Shown: one piece after another, positions 1-12,612 of the stretch
Numbering within the stretch: the stretch's first letter is position 1
Layout: each line of letters opens with the position of its first letter
DNA from: Takakia lepidozioides
Lineage: Eukaryota; Plantae; Bryophyta
NCBI GenBank assembly: GCA_030704615.1
Contig: CM060731.1
Location: 84,010,001-84,074,000, forward strand
Reading direction: 5' to 3'
Length of the DNA: 64,000 nt
Translations under genes and position numbers: made by a program
The notes under the pieces: generated by a model
Database searches by the model: none
What the model was told of the DNA's origin: nothing
What the model saw: the letters and a program-made list of their open reading frames with translations, nothing else

Positions 1-3
1 GAC

Positions 4-1372
4 GGAAATGCGGTGCCGCATTTCCATCCGGATTGCCAGAAGACCTTGCATTCATAACAGTGGGGACGCAAAAGCGGTGCCGCATTTCGGCCGTCCCCAC
101 TACCAGTTACCCTTGCCACCATAACAGTAGGACGGAAATGCGGCACCGCATTTCCGTCCCACCTACCATACACCCATTGCCTTCTGGAAATGCGGCACCG
201 CATTTCCGTCCCACCTACCATACACCCATTGCCTTCTGGAAATGCGGCGCCGCATTTCTTTCCAACGACGATGACTATAGAAAAAAATAAAATTAGTGTT
301 CTTGTTTTTTTTTTCCACCACCCCCTGTGGTCGGAAATGCGGCGCCGCATTTCCATCCAACAGGAAGAGCTAGAAAAAACAAGGAAAAATTTTTTTTTGG
401 ATTTTTTTTTCTCTACCCCCTATAGGCTGAAATGCGGCGCCGCATTTCAATCCAGCGGCGATGAAAACATTTGTACGGTTATTTTTTTTTTCCCCCTCTA
501 CCCCCTGTTGTTGGAAATGCGGCACCGCATTTCGATCCTGCAGGGATGACTAGAGAGAGCAAGAAATAAAACCAAAAAAAAAACTCAATTATTATTATTA
601 TTATTATTATTATTATGCCTTTCACCCCCTATGGACGCAAATGCGGTGCCGCATTTCAATCCAGCGACGATGACAAGAGGAAAAAAAAGGTTAGGGTTAT
701 TTGTTTTCCTCTCTATACCCCCTGTTGTTGGAAATGCGGCGCCGCATTCCATCCAGCGGGGATGAGTAGAGAACAAAAACAAAAACAAAAAAAACCAACA
801 AAAAAAACTTTTTGTTTTTTTTCCCCCGGCCCCACCACCGTATGGACGGAAATGCGGCGTCGCATTTCAATCCAGCGGGGATGACAAGAGGAAAAAAAAG
901 GTTAGGGTTATTTTTTTTCCTCTCTATACCCCCTGTTGTTGGAAATGCAGCGCCGCATTCCATCCAGCGGGGATAAGTAGAGAACAACCAAGAAAAAAAA
1001 AAAAAAAAACCCAACAAAAAAAACATTTTTTTTTTAATTTTTTTCCCCCGGCCCCACCACCGTATGGACGGAAATGCGGCGCCGCATTTCAATTCAGCGG
1101 CGATGTCGAGAAAAAATAAAGTTAGGGTTGTTTTTTTTTCCCCCCCTCTACCCTATGTTGTTGGAAATGTGGCGCCGCATTTCCATCTAGCGCGGATGTC
1201 AAGAGAAAAAAAAAGAAAAAAAAAAACTCATAATTTTTTATTTCTTGTTTTCACCCTCTTTGGATGGAAATGCGGCACCGCATTTTAATCCAGCGGCGAT
1301 GACTAGAGGAAAAACAATCAGGGGTTATTTCCCCCCTCCCCCCTGTGGTTGAAAATGCGGCATCGCAATTCC
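4..1372. repeat. Array of ~16 copies of the palindrome GGAAATGCGGYRCCGCATTTCC with A/T-rich spacers
   Basis: Copies at ~4, 71, 134, 186, 238, 333, 429, 513, 638, 730, 848, 941, 1069, 1163, 1265, 1352; same motif as the arrays in the 39-58 kb element. Confidence 0.95.
588..616. repeat. (ATT)n microsatellite
   Basis: About 9 perfect ATT units. Confidence 0.9.
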
Positions 1373-3491
1373 CATCCAACACAATCCCTGTGATGCGGGC
1401 TGGAGAATGTGTGCAGGTCCATATGACATGTTAGTGGACTGGAGTAATATGAGTGAGTGAGCTGGAATGTATTGATAAGTATAGCAAGAATATAGGTATA
1501 GTATGGTGTGCGTATGCCGTTTCCTGTCTGGTGAGGGATTGTGGCTTCTTGGGGGGGGGGGGGGTCAAAGCATGTTCAGGTGTCTCATTTGAGGAACTAT
1601 TTCAAGGACAACAGCCCTATGTTTGACTATCATTAGGGTCATGGGATTATTTTGCGCTTATTTTGCTAGTTTTTCGAAATAGGTGTCCATAATAATGTGG
1701 GGTCATGGACATATCGCATACTGCCACGTCTACAAACGTCTCCATCGCGCAGCCCAAATTTCGGCACATTGCATGAGGTAGCGGCAATTTTTTCGCGATC
1801 CACTGCTACACGACAAAGACTGTGTGCAATTTTTAAACTGTACTACGCGCATCTTTGCAATAATGTCTTTCTCTCTACTGTGACGACTCCTATATGGAGT
1901 GTGAAACCCGCTCAAGTCTCGAGCGCATTCTCATGCTCCTTTCTTCGCGACGAAGTACTTGAACGTTGTTGTTGTTTCGCTTACAGTTGTTGCATTGGAA
2001 AGCATCTGCACACCCCGGTGCATTTTTGGCTCCAACACTCTCAGCTATCCATGGTTTGTCTCTCGAGCAGATGTGTGGTGTCTCGATTGCATTCTCACCC
2101 GGGCCTGGTGTTTACCCCATGCAAAAGGAGGAATTCAATGTGGTTGGCATTTAGGGTTCCATAGAGTCCCTGCATTGTAACTTCTACTTTGGAAATCTTC
2201 AGTGCTAATTTTGAGGCTTCACTGTCAGCTCCTACGAGACATGCCAAGATACAACCGTAGTCCAGAGGTGGTGTTTGAAACATCTCCGCATTGGTCATAC
2301 TGAGCGAGCGAAAAGTGAAGTATTCTAACCTACCTATCCCTATACGAGAGTGGTGGAGACGTTCTCAGTTGTCATGACTGTTTAATGTCCAACCTAGAAT
2401 GTCAGGAGGTGCGCACTCCATTAGTGAATGGACATTTGCATACTTCTATTCGTAACATAGTGGGTGTGTTTCTCCACCGCAATGTGGATAATCGCAACCA
2501 CATGCAATACATGTCATTTTGTCTGAGCCCTGAATCTGTTATTCGTCTCCACCTGCAATCTATCAAAAGGAGGTATGTGAATTGACCCAATTCCCTTCTT
2601 TGTGTAATTAAAATGTGTTGCCTACATGCAGAAATTTGCGAGCGATCTTGCATGAAGTGAACGCAATGGAACCTAAGACGGAGAAAATTACGGTTCGGTG
2701 GGCAGATTCGCTAAGTCAAACACTTATTGTGGATTTTCCTTGCGACAGAGCCATCTGCATTGCACCATCTCTATGCGTAACCTACTCCCTACCCGAGACT
2801 GTCAGGGTCTACAATTGTCCCAAGCTTTTAGTAATTTGAGTGTCAGCACCCCTCGTTCAATCCCCTACCTTGTGTCATCCATGTCCCATTTACTCATTTT
2901 GAATGGGAACCCCTTCCGTGGTATTGCATTGATAGGCTTCTTGTGGGAGACCTCATTGTGTTTAAAGTTCCACGCAGCACTCATCCTTGGGGAGTTAAGG
3001 TAGTTGAGATGACCCCAGAGATGATGGATGGGACGTTCATGGATTATACTTTGTGCTTGCAACGGACGTCATCTCAACTGACCACCTATATTTGCATTGG
3101 TGGATGGTGGATTCTTAGTGAGGAATCACATGTCGACATTGCCGAGGTGACTTAGTGCTTTGAATCGTTTGCACTATGTTTAGGGTTATCCAGAATTGAC
3201 AGGTTTATTGACGTAGCACCCTGTCATTTTGCTCCCACATTGAGTGCCATGATTACAAAAGATTTTCTAATACATATGGTCAATTTTTGTTTGTTGTGCA
3301 GGCCCTCAATTCCTCTGATGTCATCATATGAGCCTGTCTACTATAGGGTTTTAGGCGAATCTCCTGTTTTGTGTAGTATGTGTGTGGTTGCATGTTGAGG
3401 GTATACATTCCCATGAATTTGTGGGTTTCCATTTGTTAAAGCCCTATCTACAGGTTTTTACTTAGGGTGATTTTTGTTGCCGCATAGCAGA

Positions 3492-3848
3492 ATGGCAAAC
3501 AAAAAGAATAGTAGGGGAAGATCAAATTACCTTGGCCAAAACACCAGAGAGAACTTAGCAGCTCAAGCCTCTGTTGAAAAACAAAGAAAAGCTAGGAATG
3601 CACAGCGGATTAAGGAGTGGAGGATACAGAAAAGGACATGTCCTGTAGTGTCAAGTCTGGAGTCATGTCTGCAAATCCCTAAAGTCACAGAGAGGTACGA
3701 AAGGAAGCTTGCTGCAAATATTGTGAGAAGTCTAGATCAATTTGAGCGGGTGCGTGATGAGGGTTGTGCGAGGCGCGTGGTTGCTAGAGCCTTGTGTCAT
3801 CCTAAGTTTAAACAAGTATTGCCAGATGATGTCAGAAACCGTAAGTAA
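3492..3848 (+). CDS. Basic ORF or exon of unknown function (possible TE gene fragment)
   Basis: MANKKNSRGR...HPKFKQVLPDDVRN, ending at a GTAAGT donor-like site (3841) next to the second palindrome array; no domain recognised. Confidence 0.3.
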   Translation: MANKKNSRGRSNYLGQNTRENLAAQASVEKQRKARNAQRIKEWRIQKRTCPVVSSLESCLQIPKVTERYERKLAANIVRSLDQFERVRDEGCARRVVARALCHPKFKQVLPDDVRNRK

Positions 3849-4950
3849 CCGCCAGTAATGGCCGTCCCTCTATTTAAAAATAAAAATAAAAACAAAAACG
3901 ACCGCAAATAATGGCGGTAGATCTATTTTTGGTTTTATAAAAAAATACGACCGCCATTACTGGCGGTCACTGTATTTTCAGAAATTAAAAATATACAAGC
4001 GACCGCCAATAATGGCGGTCAGTCCATTATTATTATTTAAATGACCACCAATAATAGCGGTCGCTCTATCTATAAAAAATAAAAAATAAAAGCGATCGTC
4101 ATTACTGGCGGTCGCTGCATTTTCAGAAATTAAAATTATACAAGCGACCACCAGTAATGGCCGTCGCTCTATTTTAATCAAACAAAAACAAAAGCGACCG
4201 CCAATAATGGCGGTCGCAGTATTTAAGAAAATAAAAAATAAATGTGACCAACATTACTGGCGTTCGCTGTATTTTCTGATATTTTTATTTTTTATTTTTT
4301 TTAAATAAAACGACCGCCATATTATGGTGGTCGCTGGTTTTTTAATATATATTTAAAATATAGCGACCGCCATATTATGGTGGTCGCTGGTTTTTTAATA
4401 TATATTTAAAATATAGCAACCGCCATATTATGGTGGTCGCTTTAATTCAAAACAGAAACAAAAACAAAACAAAACAAAACAGCGACTGCCATAATATGGC
4501 GGTCGCTTTATTTTAAATACATTAAAAATAGTAAATTTTTTTAAAAAAAAAATTAAAGTTTAAGAGAATGCAGCGACCGCCATTATTGGCGGTCGCTTTT
4601 GTTTTTGTTTTTTAAAAATAGAGCGACGGCCATTACTGGCGGTCGCTTGTATAATTTTAATTTCTGAAAATGCAGCGATTATGGTGGTCGCTGGTTTTTT
4701 TAATATATTTGTAAAATAAAGCGACCGCCATATTATGGTGGTCGCTTGTCTTTTATGTATTATTGAAAACAAGCGACTGCCAATTCTGGCGGTCGCTTGG
4801 TTTTTATATATTTTTAAATTATGTGACCGCCAATACGACTGCCAATTTTGTTTTTTTTTTTTTTTAAAATTAATCGAACGCCATGTTGGCGGTCGCTCTT
4901 ATTTTCTAAATTTCCGAAATATAAAGCGACCGCCAGAATTGGCGATTGCT
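3848..4950. repeat. Array of ~20 copies of a second palindrome GCGACCGCCA-N4-TGGCGGTCGC with AT-rich spacers; internal fold-back
   Basis: e.g. 4193 aagcgaccgccaataatggcggtcgc and 4572 cagcgaccgccattattggcggtcgc; ~4113-4220 is the near reverse complement of ~4572-4676. Confidence 0.9.
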
Positions 4951-5142
4951 ATTATTTTATTATTTTCCAAAATGTATTTGCCACCGCCACCGTGTCGGCG
5001 ACGTGGCTGCTTAAGTGACAATATTTTACCTGGTACTTTTTTTACTAGAATATTCCCAGAACCTGACGTGACGGAGGTCCCGTCAGCGTCAGGTCTGACG
5101 TGACGTGACGCTGATAACCGGGCGATCAACTGCATGATGCGA

Positions 5143-6400
5143 GTTTATTTGCAGTGGAAGTGTAGGGAGCAGATGATTGGTTAGATTGGCAATGGCCAAT
5201 CAGATACTACCTTACTCATGGTCAGTGCCCACCCAGTTATGGGAAGGAGCAGAGGAAAAGAATAGCTATCAAGGCATTACCATACACTATGATAGGTGGA
5301 AGATTGTATAAGCTAGGAGCTAATGGAGTTCTTAAACGATGCTTGTACCACCATGAGGTAAATAAAGTTTTGGAAGAAATTCATAAAGGAGTGGCTAGAG
5401 GCCATTTTGGAGAGGAGACTACCAGTAGGAAAATACTACTTGCAGGTTACTGGTGGCCTACTTTATTCAAGGATGTACATAAGTATTGCAAGAGTTGTGA
5501 TGAGTGTCAGAGGCTAGGACCGTTACAAAGATCTGGGAAGATGGCTTTGCATCCTACGATGCCTACTGAACCATTTCAGAAATGGGGACTAGACTTTGTT
5601 GGACCAATTAATCCACCAGCCAGGAATACATAGAACAAGTATATAATCACAGCCACTGATTATACCACAAAATGGGTGGAAGCTAAGGCTGTCCCCTGGA
5701 ATTTATCAGTGACCAGGGAAGTCATTTCATTAATGAGACCATTGAACTATTGACTAAGGAGTTCATGATTGTGCACATGAAGAGTACAACCTATTACCCA
5801 TAGGGCAATGGGCAGGCAAAGGCCACCAACAAAATACTATGCACTATCTTGGCTAAGATAGTCAATGCGAACATGACAGACTGGGATACAAAGTTGTTGA
5901 TAGCTTTGTGGTCATACAGGACTTCATATAAAGTCACCACCAAGTATACACCATTCCAATTAGTTTATGGTATGGAAGCTTTACTTCCAGTAGAATTCTT
6001 ATTACCTACCATGAGAACTGAATGGGGAAGAAGAATGGAATTGGAGGATTCAATTGAAGTAAGGAAACATGAATTATATCATGTGGAAGAAGTCCGTGCT
6101 GATGCAGCAGATAACATGACCAGAATTTAGATGAAGAGGAAGGATCAGTTTGATGAAGGTAAATTAAAGATTTTTAAGACAGGTGATTTGGTACTGTGGT
6201 TGCAGAAGAAGGGAAAGATTAAAGCTTCTAAGCTTAAATCACCATGGAAAGGACTTTATGTCATAGAGAAGATGTATGATAACAACACAACTATGTTACA
6301 AACCATTAACAAAGAGATGCTTGGTAGAGTCAATGCCAATAATTTGAAGGGATACAGTGGTATCCATGATAGACCATTGCAGCATGATTTGCATCTTGAA
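5143..6400 (+). pseudogene. Gypsy integrase with stops and frameshifts
   Basis: HHCC (IHKGVARGHFG...CKSCDEC), WGLDFVGP, DYTTKWVEA, SDQGSHF, TPFQLVYG, GDLVL...PWKGLY C-terminal module. Confidence 0.92.
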
Positions 6401-7373
6401 ACACAGATGCAGCCACAGACTACATTGGTAGCACCAGCGGAGCATGAAGCACTTGTCATAAAGCCGAATGTGTATGGCCATTGTAGAGAACACAGCTGTT
6501 CACACAACCATACAGCCCACCATAGCCTATTACATCATATCACAGCCTACCACAACTTGTCACAGCCCAACACAGGCGACACAACCCACACAGGTTGCAC
6601 AGTCCATAGGGTCAGTGACAGGTGGACACGAGTTAACGTCAGTTAAGTGGCTGGTAAGTGTAAAGACAGTTTGGAAGTCAAACTCGAAGAATGTGCCACG
6701 CGGACAGAAGGAGACATAATAGTGTTTGAATTCAAACACGTGGCCTAAGGGGCAAAGCACTCCGCATTGCATGTACTGCAATAACGGGCGTCATCACACA
6801 AGAAGACAAACAGGGCCGTCAAAGTACCTACCCGGTACATCAGCCGAAACTTATTATGAGCCCATAAATGCATCAAGAGAATAGGTAACAGAACACTTTA
6901 CGCATCCGGCAAAGGGGAACCTTTGCCACATATGCAGTCCTAGTGGTCATTCCAAGATGGAATGTAAACAGATTAGGGTAAAAATGAGAAGTTACCTAAT
7001 GAGGCAACGACCAATTGGCAACGCGGATTTTGTGCAAGAGATTCCATTCAAGAAACAAGAACAAGAAATTAAGAAGATTATGAGCGGAAGAATAGGTGTT
7101 ATACCGGATAACCAGTGTCTCGAGGGGAGGGGCAATCAAAGCTATAGCTTTGTAGCTATGGCGGATATCACGGACTATACACTAGCTCTACTTCTTACGC
7201 AGTGGCGCAAGGAATGACAGGTCGAAAGTACTTTCTCTCTCACTCACTATTTGCAAGCCCCGCAGGCTTACACCCACTTGTCTGTTCCATTATGTGCTAA
7301 CCACACTTTCGTGCTCTACGCATTACAAGCTTTCCTGCAGTTATTCCAAACAAGGCCTTCTTGTTTATCCGGA

Positions 7374-8250
7374 ATGAAGAGAATTAGAGAGATGGAGGAT
7401 CTACGAGTGAAGAGCACGACGATCTTACAGAGGCAAACAATCACCACACCACAGGCAGTGCAGCTGCTGAAGGAATTGCGGTTGGAGGGATTGCTACGCA
7501 AAGAGTGGTCTTTGTATCATCGGGAATTGATGATCCAGTTCATCAAGAACTTTGAGCCAAAGAAGGGAGTTACCCAGGTGAAGGGTGTAGATATATAAGT
7601 TACTCCGCAGTACTTGCAACAGCTTTTTGACTTACCATCTGATAATGTGAGCGTGGACGAGCACAGGGCAAGATTGCAAGTAGGGGATCTTTTCCAAGAA
7701 AGAGTTTCTTCAGGAACCAGGGATTCACTTGCACCAAAGCCGAGTATCCAGGGTTGAGGGAAATTGGCCAAATACTAAACATTTTGTTTGCCATGAAACA
7801 GAACCAACAGTATCTTAGCAGATCTTTTACGAAGGAGGTTCTGAAAGCTTTGAGAGGAGAGGATGTAGCTTGGGCGGAGATGATGCACAGTGGTCTGGTG
7901 GAGGAGATGAAATGATTACAGAATACTATTGCCAAGTCCCCAATTATTGTGTCTGGCCCAATTATTGCACAGATTATCTTTGATTCTTGCTTGCTTGATG
8001 CGCAAGAATGTAAAGTAATGGGAGTATTTGAGGTAGCCAAAACTGCAGCTGAGGCGCAAGGCTCTTCACAAGGTGAAGCAGGATTAGAGAGGCAGCACCA
8101 GTCCAAGAGACAGAAGAGGGACGCAACTGTAATGGCGGATCCACTGGCCACAGAGAATCCTCACGATGATGTTTCCATAGCTCATGCACAGGATGGGGTG
8201 CAGTAGCACAATGGGCTGTTATTACTGGAAGCACGGCCATTAGAGAGGGA
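7374..8250 (+). pseudogene. N-terminal part of the family X post-pol extra ORF
   Basis: Paralog of 15495-16300 (VKSTTILQRQ...MIQFIKNF...VKGVDI); frameshifted. Confidence 0.75.
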
Positions 8251-8291
8251 GGAAGAAGTCACCTCAGTACCACAGCCAGCACAACAAGTTG

Positions 8292-10612
8292 TCCACTCAC
8301 AAACCAAGTCTTCTGTAATCCTGGTGCTGGTACAGCAGCCAACTTTTTCATCATTAACTCCATCTTCTCCATGTACTCTTCAACAGTTTCATGCTTCTTT
8401 TGCCTTAACTGTTGTAAACTCCCATACACTTCATCTTCAGTTTTGCTTGTCCTGAACCTGTTTCGGAATGATGTCCTAAGGCCATTCCAGGTTAGGAAAT
8501 GATTATTAGGAAACCTTGCATACCATTCACTTGCTTTCTTGATAAGTGAACAAGGAAACTGTCTTTTTTTGGCATCATCGCCATTCTCATTGTTCACAAT
8601 ACACATGTGCTCAAATTGGCTGATGTGTACATGAGGATCCCCTTTTCCTGCATATATGGGAAAATGTGGCTTTGCCCGTGTTGGAGGTACCGCCATCTGT
8701 GGTCCTACACCCTGCCCTCTGACAGGTGCTGGTCCTCCTGTAGGTGTTGGTCCTTGAGGTCCTGCTGTTGTAATGGTGGAACTCCCACCAGGTGTTGGCC
8801 CCTGAACACTCCCTGCTACTGGCCCCCCTTTACTTGCAGTACCCCCAGCTCCAGTTGCACTACTTCCCATACTCCCTGTCCCCCCAGAGCCAGATCCAAG
8901 CTGCCCGCCTGATCCCCTTGAGCCAACACCTTTGTTGGCCTGTGATCCAAGTGCTCCACTTGATTCAGGTCCAATAGGTTGGGATGTCCTAGTTGTAGTC
9001 TCAACCTCAACTGTTGGGTCTACTTCTTCATATTCTTCATCTTCCAAGTTCTTCTCTTGGATTTCTTCTACCTCACTCATATAACTCAACTGTAGTGGTG
9101 TTGGAGAGTCTAAACTCTCCATTGGCTCTGCCACATCTTCCTCTCCTTCTGTGTATTGTGTTTCAAAAACTGGAGTTCCTGCTCTTGGTGTTCCATGCCA
9201 ACTCTGATCAAAGATTTATGTCAAATCTTTAACCCAGGGATGAACCTCGGATCTTTCCCCTCATGGCTGATCTTCTTCCTGTACCAAATCCCTTAATCTT
9301 TCTTGTAAGGAATAAGAAGGAGTGGCATCCAATTCTGGTTCTTCCGGTACGGGTGATGTATTCTCTGGCCTTAATGGTGTGAGAGGTCCAGATGATTCCC
9401 CTATGTCTATTCCTCTCTCCCAGAGATATGGATAATTAGTTTTCAAATAACTTTATCTTTTCGCTGAATATCTGTGGAGTCTAGCTTCCCTTTCATCACT
9501 CATGTCCCATGTCTTTCATATCTTTAATGAGGCAATAACCAAAACTCTCTTCTGTAGTATCTCTCGTATATGCCTGGATTTCTTTCAAGCTTTAATGCAC
9601 CCTTGGCTATACTAGAAGGCTCCGTTACCATATAACCATATGGCAAGCATGTCTGAAAAGCTGTTCTTGGTGTAAGTTTGATCGTTCCTCCCAGCTTTCA
9701 AACTCCACTCGTTTAATGGATAGCAATGCTATCACATAAACCAGTGTTGGTAACCAACTTGCTCTCCCTCTACAGGCCACTTGATAAATCTTTATCACTC
9801 CTTTCTCCAGACCCCACTCTGGATCAGCATCATGCACTCTCTTAAGAATGTTTTCCTTGCAACTGTCTGGCAATTCCAAGAACCTCTGAAAGAATTGTTT
9901 AGACAATCTTTCTTTCCCAGTTTCACAGGGAATTTGATTCACATCAAATTCCTTGATTCTCCATCCACCATGATCCCACCAGATGCCTGTCACATCTGGT
10001 TGTCCTTGATCAGTTCCCCAGTATGGTCGCCAAATGTCGAGCGGCTTTTACTCACCCATCCCTTAGCTATCCGAGGTGGAAACTCCAAGATAGAAGAGTT
10101 GGAAATCTCTAAGTACTCAGCCCGTTCAGAACAATCAGTCATGACCTACAACTAGTGTATCATGGGGGGTGCTTCCTATTTGTATTCCTTCTCGCATTCA
10201 TGTTAGCAAGTTACCTTATTGTCTATGATTAAGTATCAGATTGCTTCTGCAATCTACCATGTTCCATCTACTCAAGCATTCATTCCACAGCTTCACTCAT
10301 ATCTCTCTACACGGTGTGAATATGAAATAGGAATCATATTAATATCTATCATGTATCAGGCCGAGGCCATGGTGTCTCTAATCTGCTCTACAATGCATCT
10401 CTACAGCTTGCATGAATCAAGCATCATCACAAGATATCCTTAGGAATCCAATTCTTTACCAGTTCAAGTTCTTCATGCATGTGAGTGTAAACATTCACCG
10501 TTGTATCTCCTCCTCTGTGTAATCTCCATCCCTGTGCTCCAAGTTTGTGCTCTCCGCCTAATCTCCTCAAGTGATGTCCAAGAAGTGATCTCTCAAGTGA
10601 CCCCCTCCTGTT
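8292..10612 (-). mobile_element. Ty3/gypsy family X copy 2 (partial LTR, PBS, upstream ORF, gag) on minus strand
   Basis: Reverse complement of ~11100-13457; gag YAGKGDPHVHISQFEH...FPCSLIKKASEWY...LRQKKHETVEEY; PBS TGGCGACCATACTGGGGA at 10032-10015; LTR part 10035-10612. Confidence 0.9.
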
Positions 10613-11635
10613 AGAGGGTTGTCTGGGACTTAGACACTTTTATGGGCTCTGTGGGGTACCCTTAATTTTTGTGCAGACTTACGGATGGTACACTTAGACC
10701 AACAGAGGCCTTAGGGGTGACAGACACAGGCTTTAGGGGTGGTAGACAGGCTTACACACTCAATCACAGTCTTACACAATCGTACATAGCCTATCATAGT
10801 CTATCACAACCATACACAACCTTACACAGCCCGACACAGCCTTACATAGTCTGTCACAGTCAATCACAGTCAATCACAGCTCGACACAGCCAGTCACAGC
10901 CTGACACAGCCCGACACAGCTTTACACAGCCAGTCACAGCTCGGCACAGTCACAGCCTGACACAGCTTGGCACAGCCCGTCACAGCGTACGTAGGGAACG
11001 GTTATCATTGGCAGGGAATGACTGTGTGGGAACGTGCTTACTTCTTGAGATGACAGTTAGTTAGTTAGGCGGTTAGAACAGCTTGCGGGTAGACTAGGCA
11101 GAGTAGCAACTTGGAGAGGACACACTTCTGTGGGGGAGAACTATTGGGGAGGAGAGCACTTCTTGATCATCAGCAGAGGAGAACAGGCGGAGAACACGAA
11201 CTGGAGCAACGATGGAGAGTACAGTGATGGAGGGGACGCGATCTGCTGATGTTTGATGAATGCAAGCTGTAGAGTTAGACTGTAGAGCAGATTAGGGACA
11301 CCATGGCTTCGGCTTGATACATGACAAATCTTAATTTGACACCTATTCAATACAATCACACTGTGTAGAGAGACTTGAGTGAAGCTGTGGAATGAATGGA
11401 TGAATGGAACCTAAAAGATTACTGAAGCAATCTGATGCTTAAGTATACACAACAAGGTAATTTGTTAACATGAAAGCAAGAAGAAATACAAACAGGAAGC
11501 ACAACCATGATACACTAGCTGTAGGTCATGATTGATTGTTCTGAGCGGGCTGAGTGCTTAGAGATATCCAACTCTTCTATCTTGGAGTTTCCACCTCGGA
11601 TAGCAAAGGGATGGGTGAGTAAAAGCCGCTCGACA
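10609..11635 (+). repeat. 5' LTR of family X (~1.03 kb), with CACAGC-type micro-repeats at ~10760-10990
   Basis: Starts TGTTAGAGGG, ends CTCGACA, followed by the PBS; homologous to 18959-19949. Confidence 0.88.
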
Positions 11636-11637
11636 TT

Positions 11638-11652
11638 TGGCGACCATACTGG
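11638..11652 (+). promoter_or_regulatory. Primer binding site, tRNA-Arg-like (TGGCGACCATACTGG)
   Basis: 2 nt after the LTR-terminal CA; the minus copy reads TGGCGACCATACTGGGGA, resembling the tRNA-Arg PBS of Tat/Ogre-type elements. Confidence 0.75.
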
Positions 11653-11659
11653 TGAACTG

Positions 11660-12474
11660 GGTCAAGAACAACCAGATGTGACAGGCATCTGGTGGGATCA
11701 TGGTGGTTGGAGAATTAAAGAATTTGATGTGAATCAAATTCCCTGTGGAACTGAGAAAGAAATGTTGTCCAAGCAATTCTTTCAGAGATTTTTGGAATTG
11801 CCAGACGGTTGCAAAGAAAACATTCTTAAGAGAGTGCATGATGCAGATCCTGAGTGGGGTCTGGGGAAAGGAGTGATAAAGATTTATCAAGTGGCATGTA
11901 GAGGGAGAGCAAGTTGGTTACCAACGCTGGTTTATGTGTTAGCGTTGCTATCCATTAAACGAATGGAGTTTGAAGGCTGGGAGGAACGGAAAGTGAATGT
12001 TTACACTCATATGCATGAAGAATTGGTACTGGTAAAGAATTGGATTCCTAAGGATATCCTGTGGATCAAACTGACACCAAGAACAGCTTTTCAGACATGC
12101 TTGCCATATGGTTATATGGTAACAGAGACTTCTAGTATAGCCAAGGGTGCATTGAAGCTTGAAAGAAATCCAGGCATATACGAGAGATACTACAGAAGAG
12201 AGTTTTGGTTATTGCCTCATTGAAGATATGAAAGACATGGGACATGAGTGATGAAAGAGAAGCTAGACTTCACAGATATTCAGCAAAAAGAGAAAGTTAT
12301 TTGAAAGCTCATTATCCATATCTTTGGGAGAAAGGAATAGACATAGGAGAATCATCTGGACCTCTCACACCATTAAGATCGAAGAGTACATCACCCATAC
12401 CGGAGGAACCAGAGTTGGATGCCATTCCTTCTTATTCTTTACAAGAAAGATTAAGGGATTTGGTACAGGAATAA
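11660..12474 (+). pseudogene. Extra ORF upstream of gag (ORF0), unknown function
   Basis: Long conserved frame (GIWWDHGGWRIKEF...YYRREFWLLPH), also present in copy 2 at ~9261-10000. Confidence 0.65.
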
Positions 12475-12612
12475 GTTCAACCACGAGGGGAGAGATCTGA
12501 GGTACATCCCTTGATAAAAGATTTGACATAAATCTTTAATAAGAGTTGGCATGGGACACCAAAGGCAGGAACTCCAGTTTCTGAAGCACAAGATAAAGAA
12601 GGGGAGGAGGAT

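Larger units (their letters stand above)
5143..8291 (+). mobile_element. Ty3/gypsy fragment, family X copy 1 (integrase plus 3' extra ORF)
   Basis: Homologous to 13826-14311 (inverted) and 14311-16360; integrase motifs present. Confidence 0.9.

Noticed and set aside
33-1288. Many short ORFs with KCGAAF/EMRRRIS/GNAAPHF peptides (also 39.6-40.7, 45.3-46.6 and 52.2-53.7 kb, including 331- and 391-aa frames)
   Set aside because: Translations of the stop-free palindrome in all six frames; no evidence that they are genes
1697-3155. Short ORFs on both strands
   Set aside because: No recognisable motif; possibly a decayed minus-strand gene but unsupported
4975-5050. Helitron 3' end (hairpin plus CTAG near 5045)
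   Set aside because: Hairpin is imperfect and too far from the CTAG; no Rep/helicase or supporting 5' end seen
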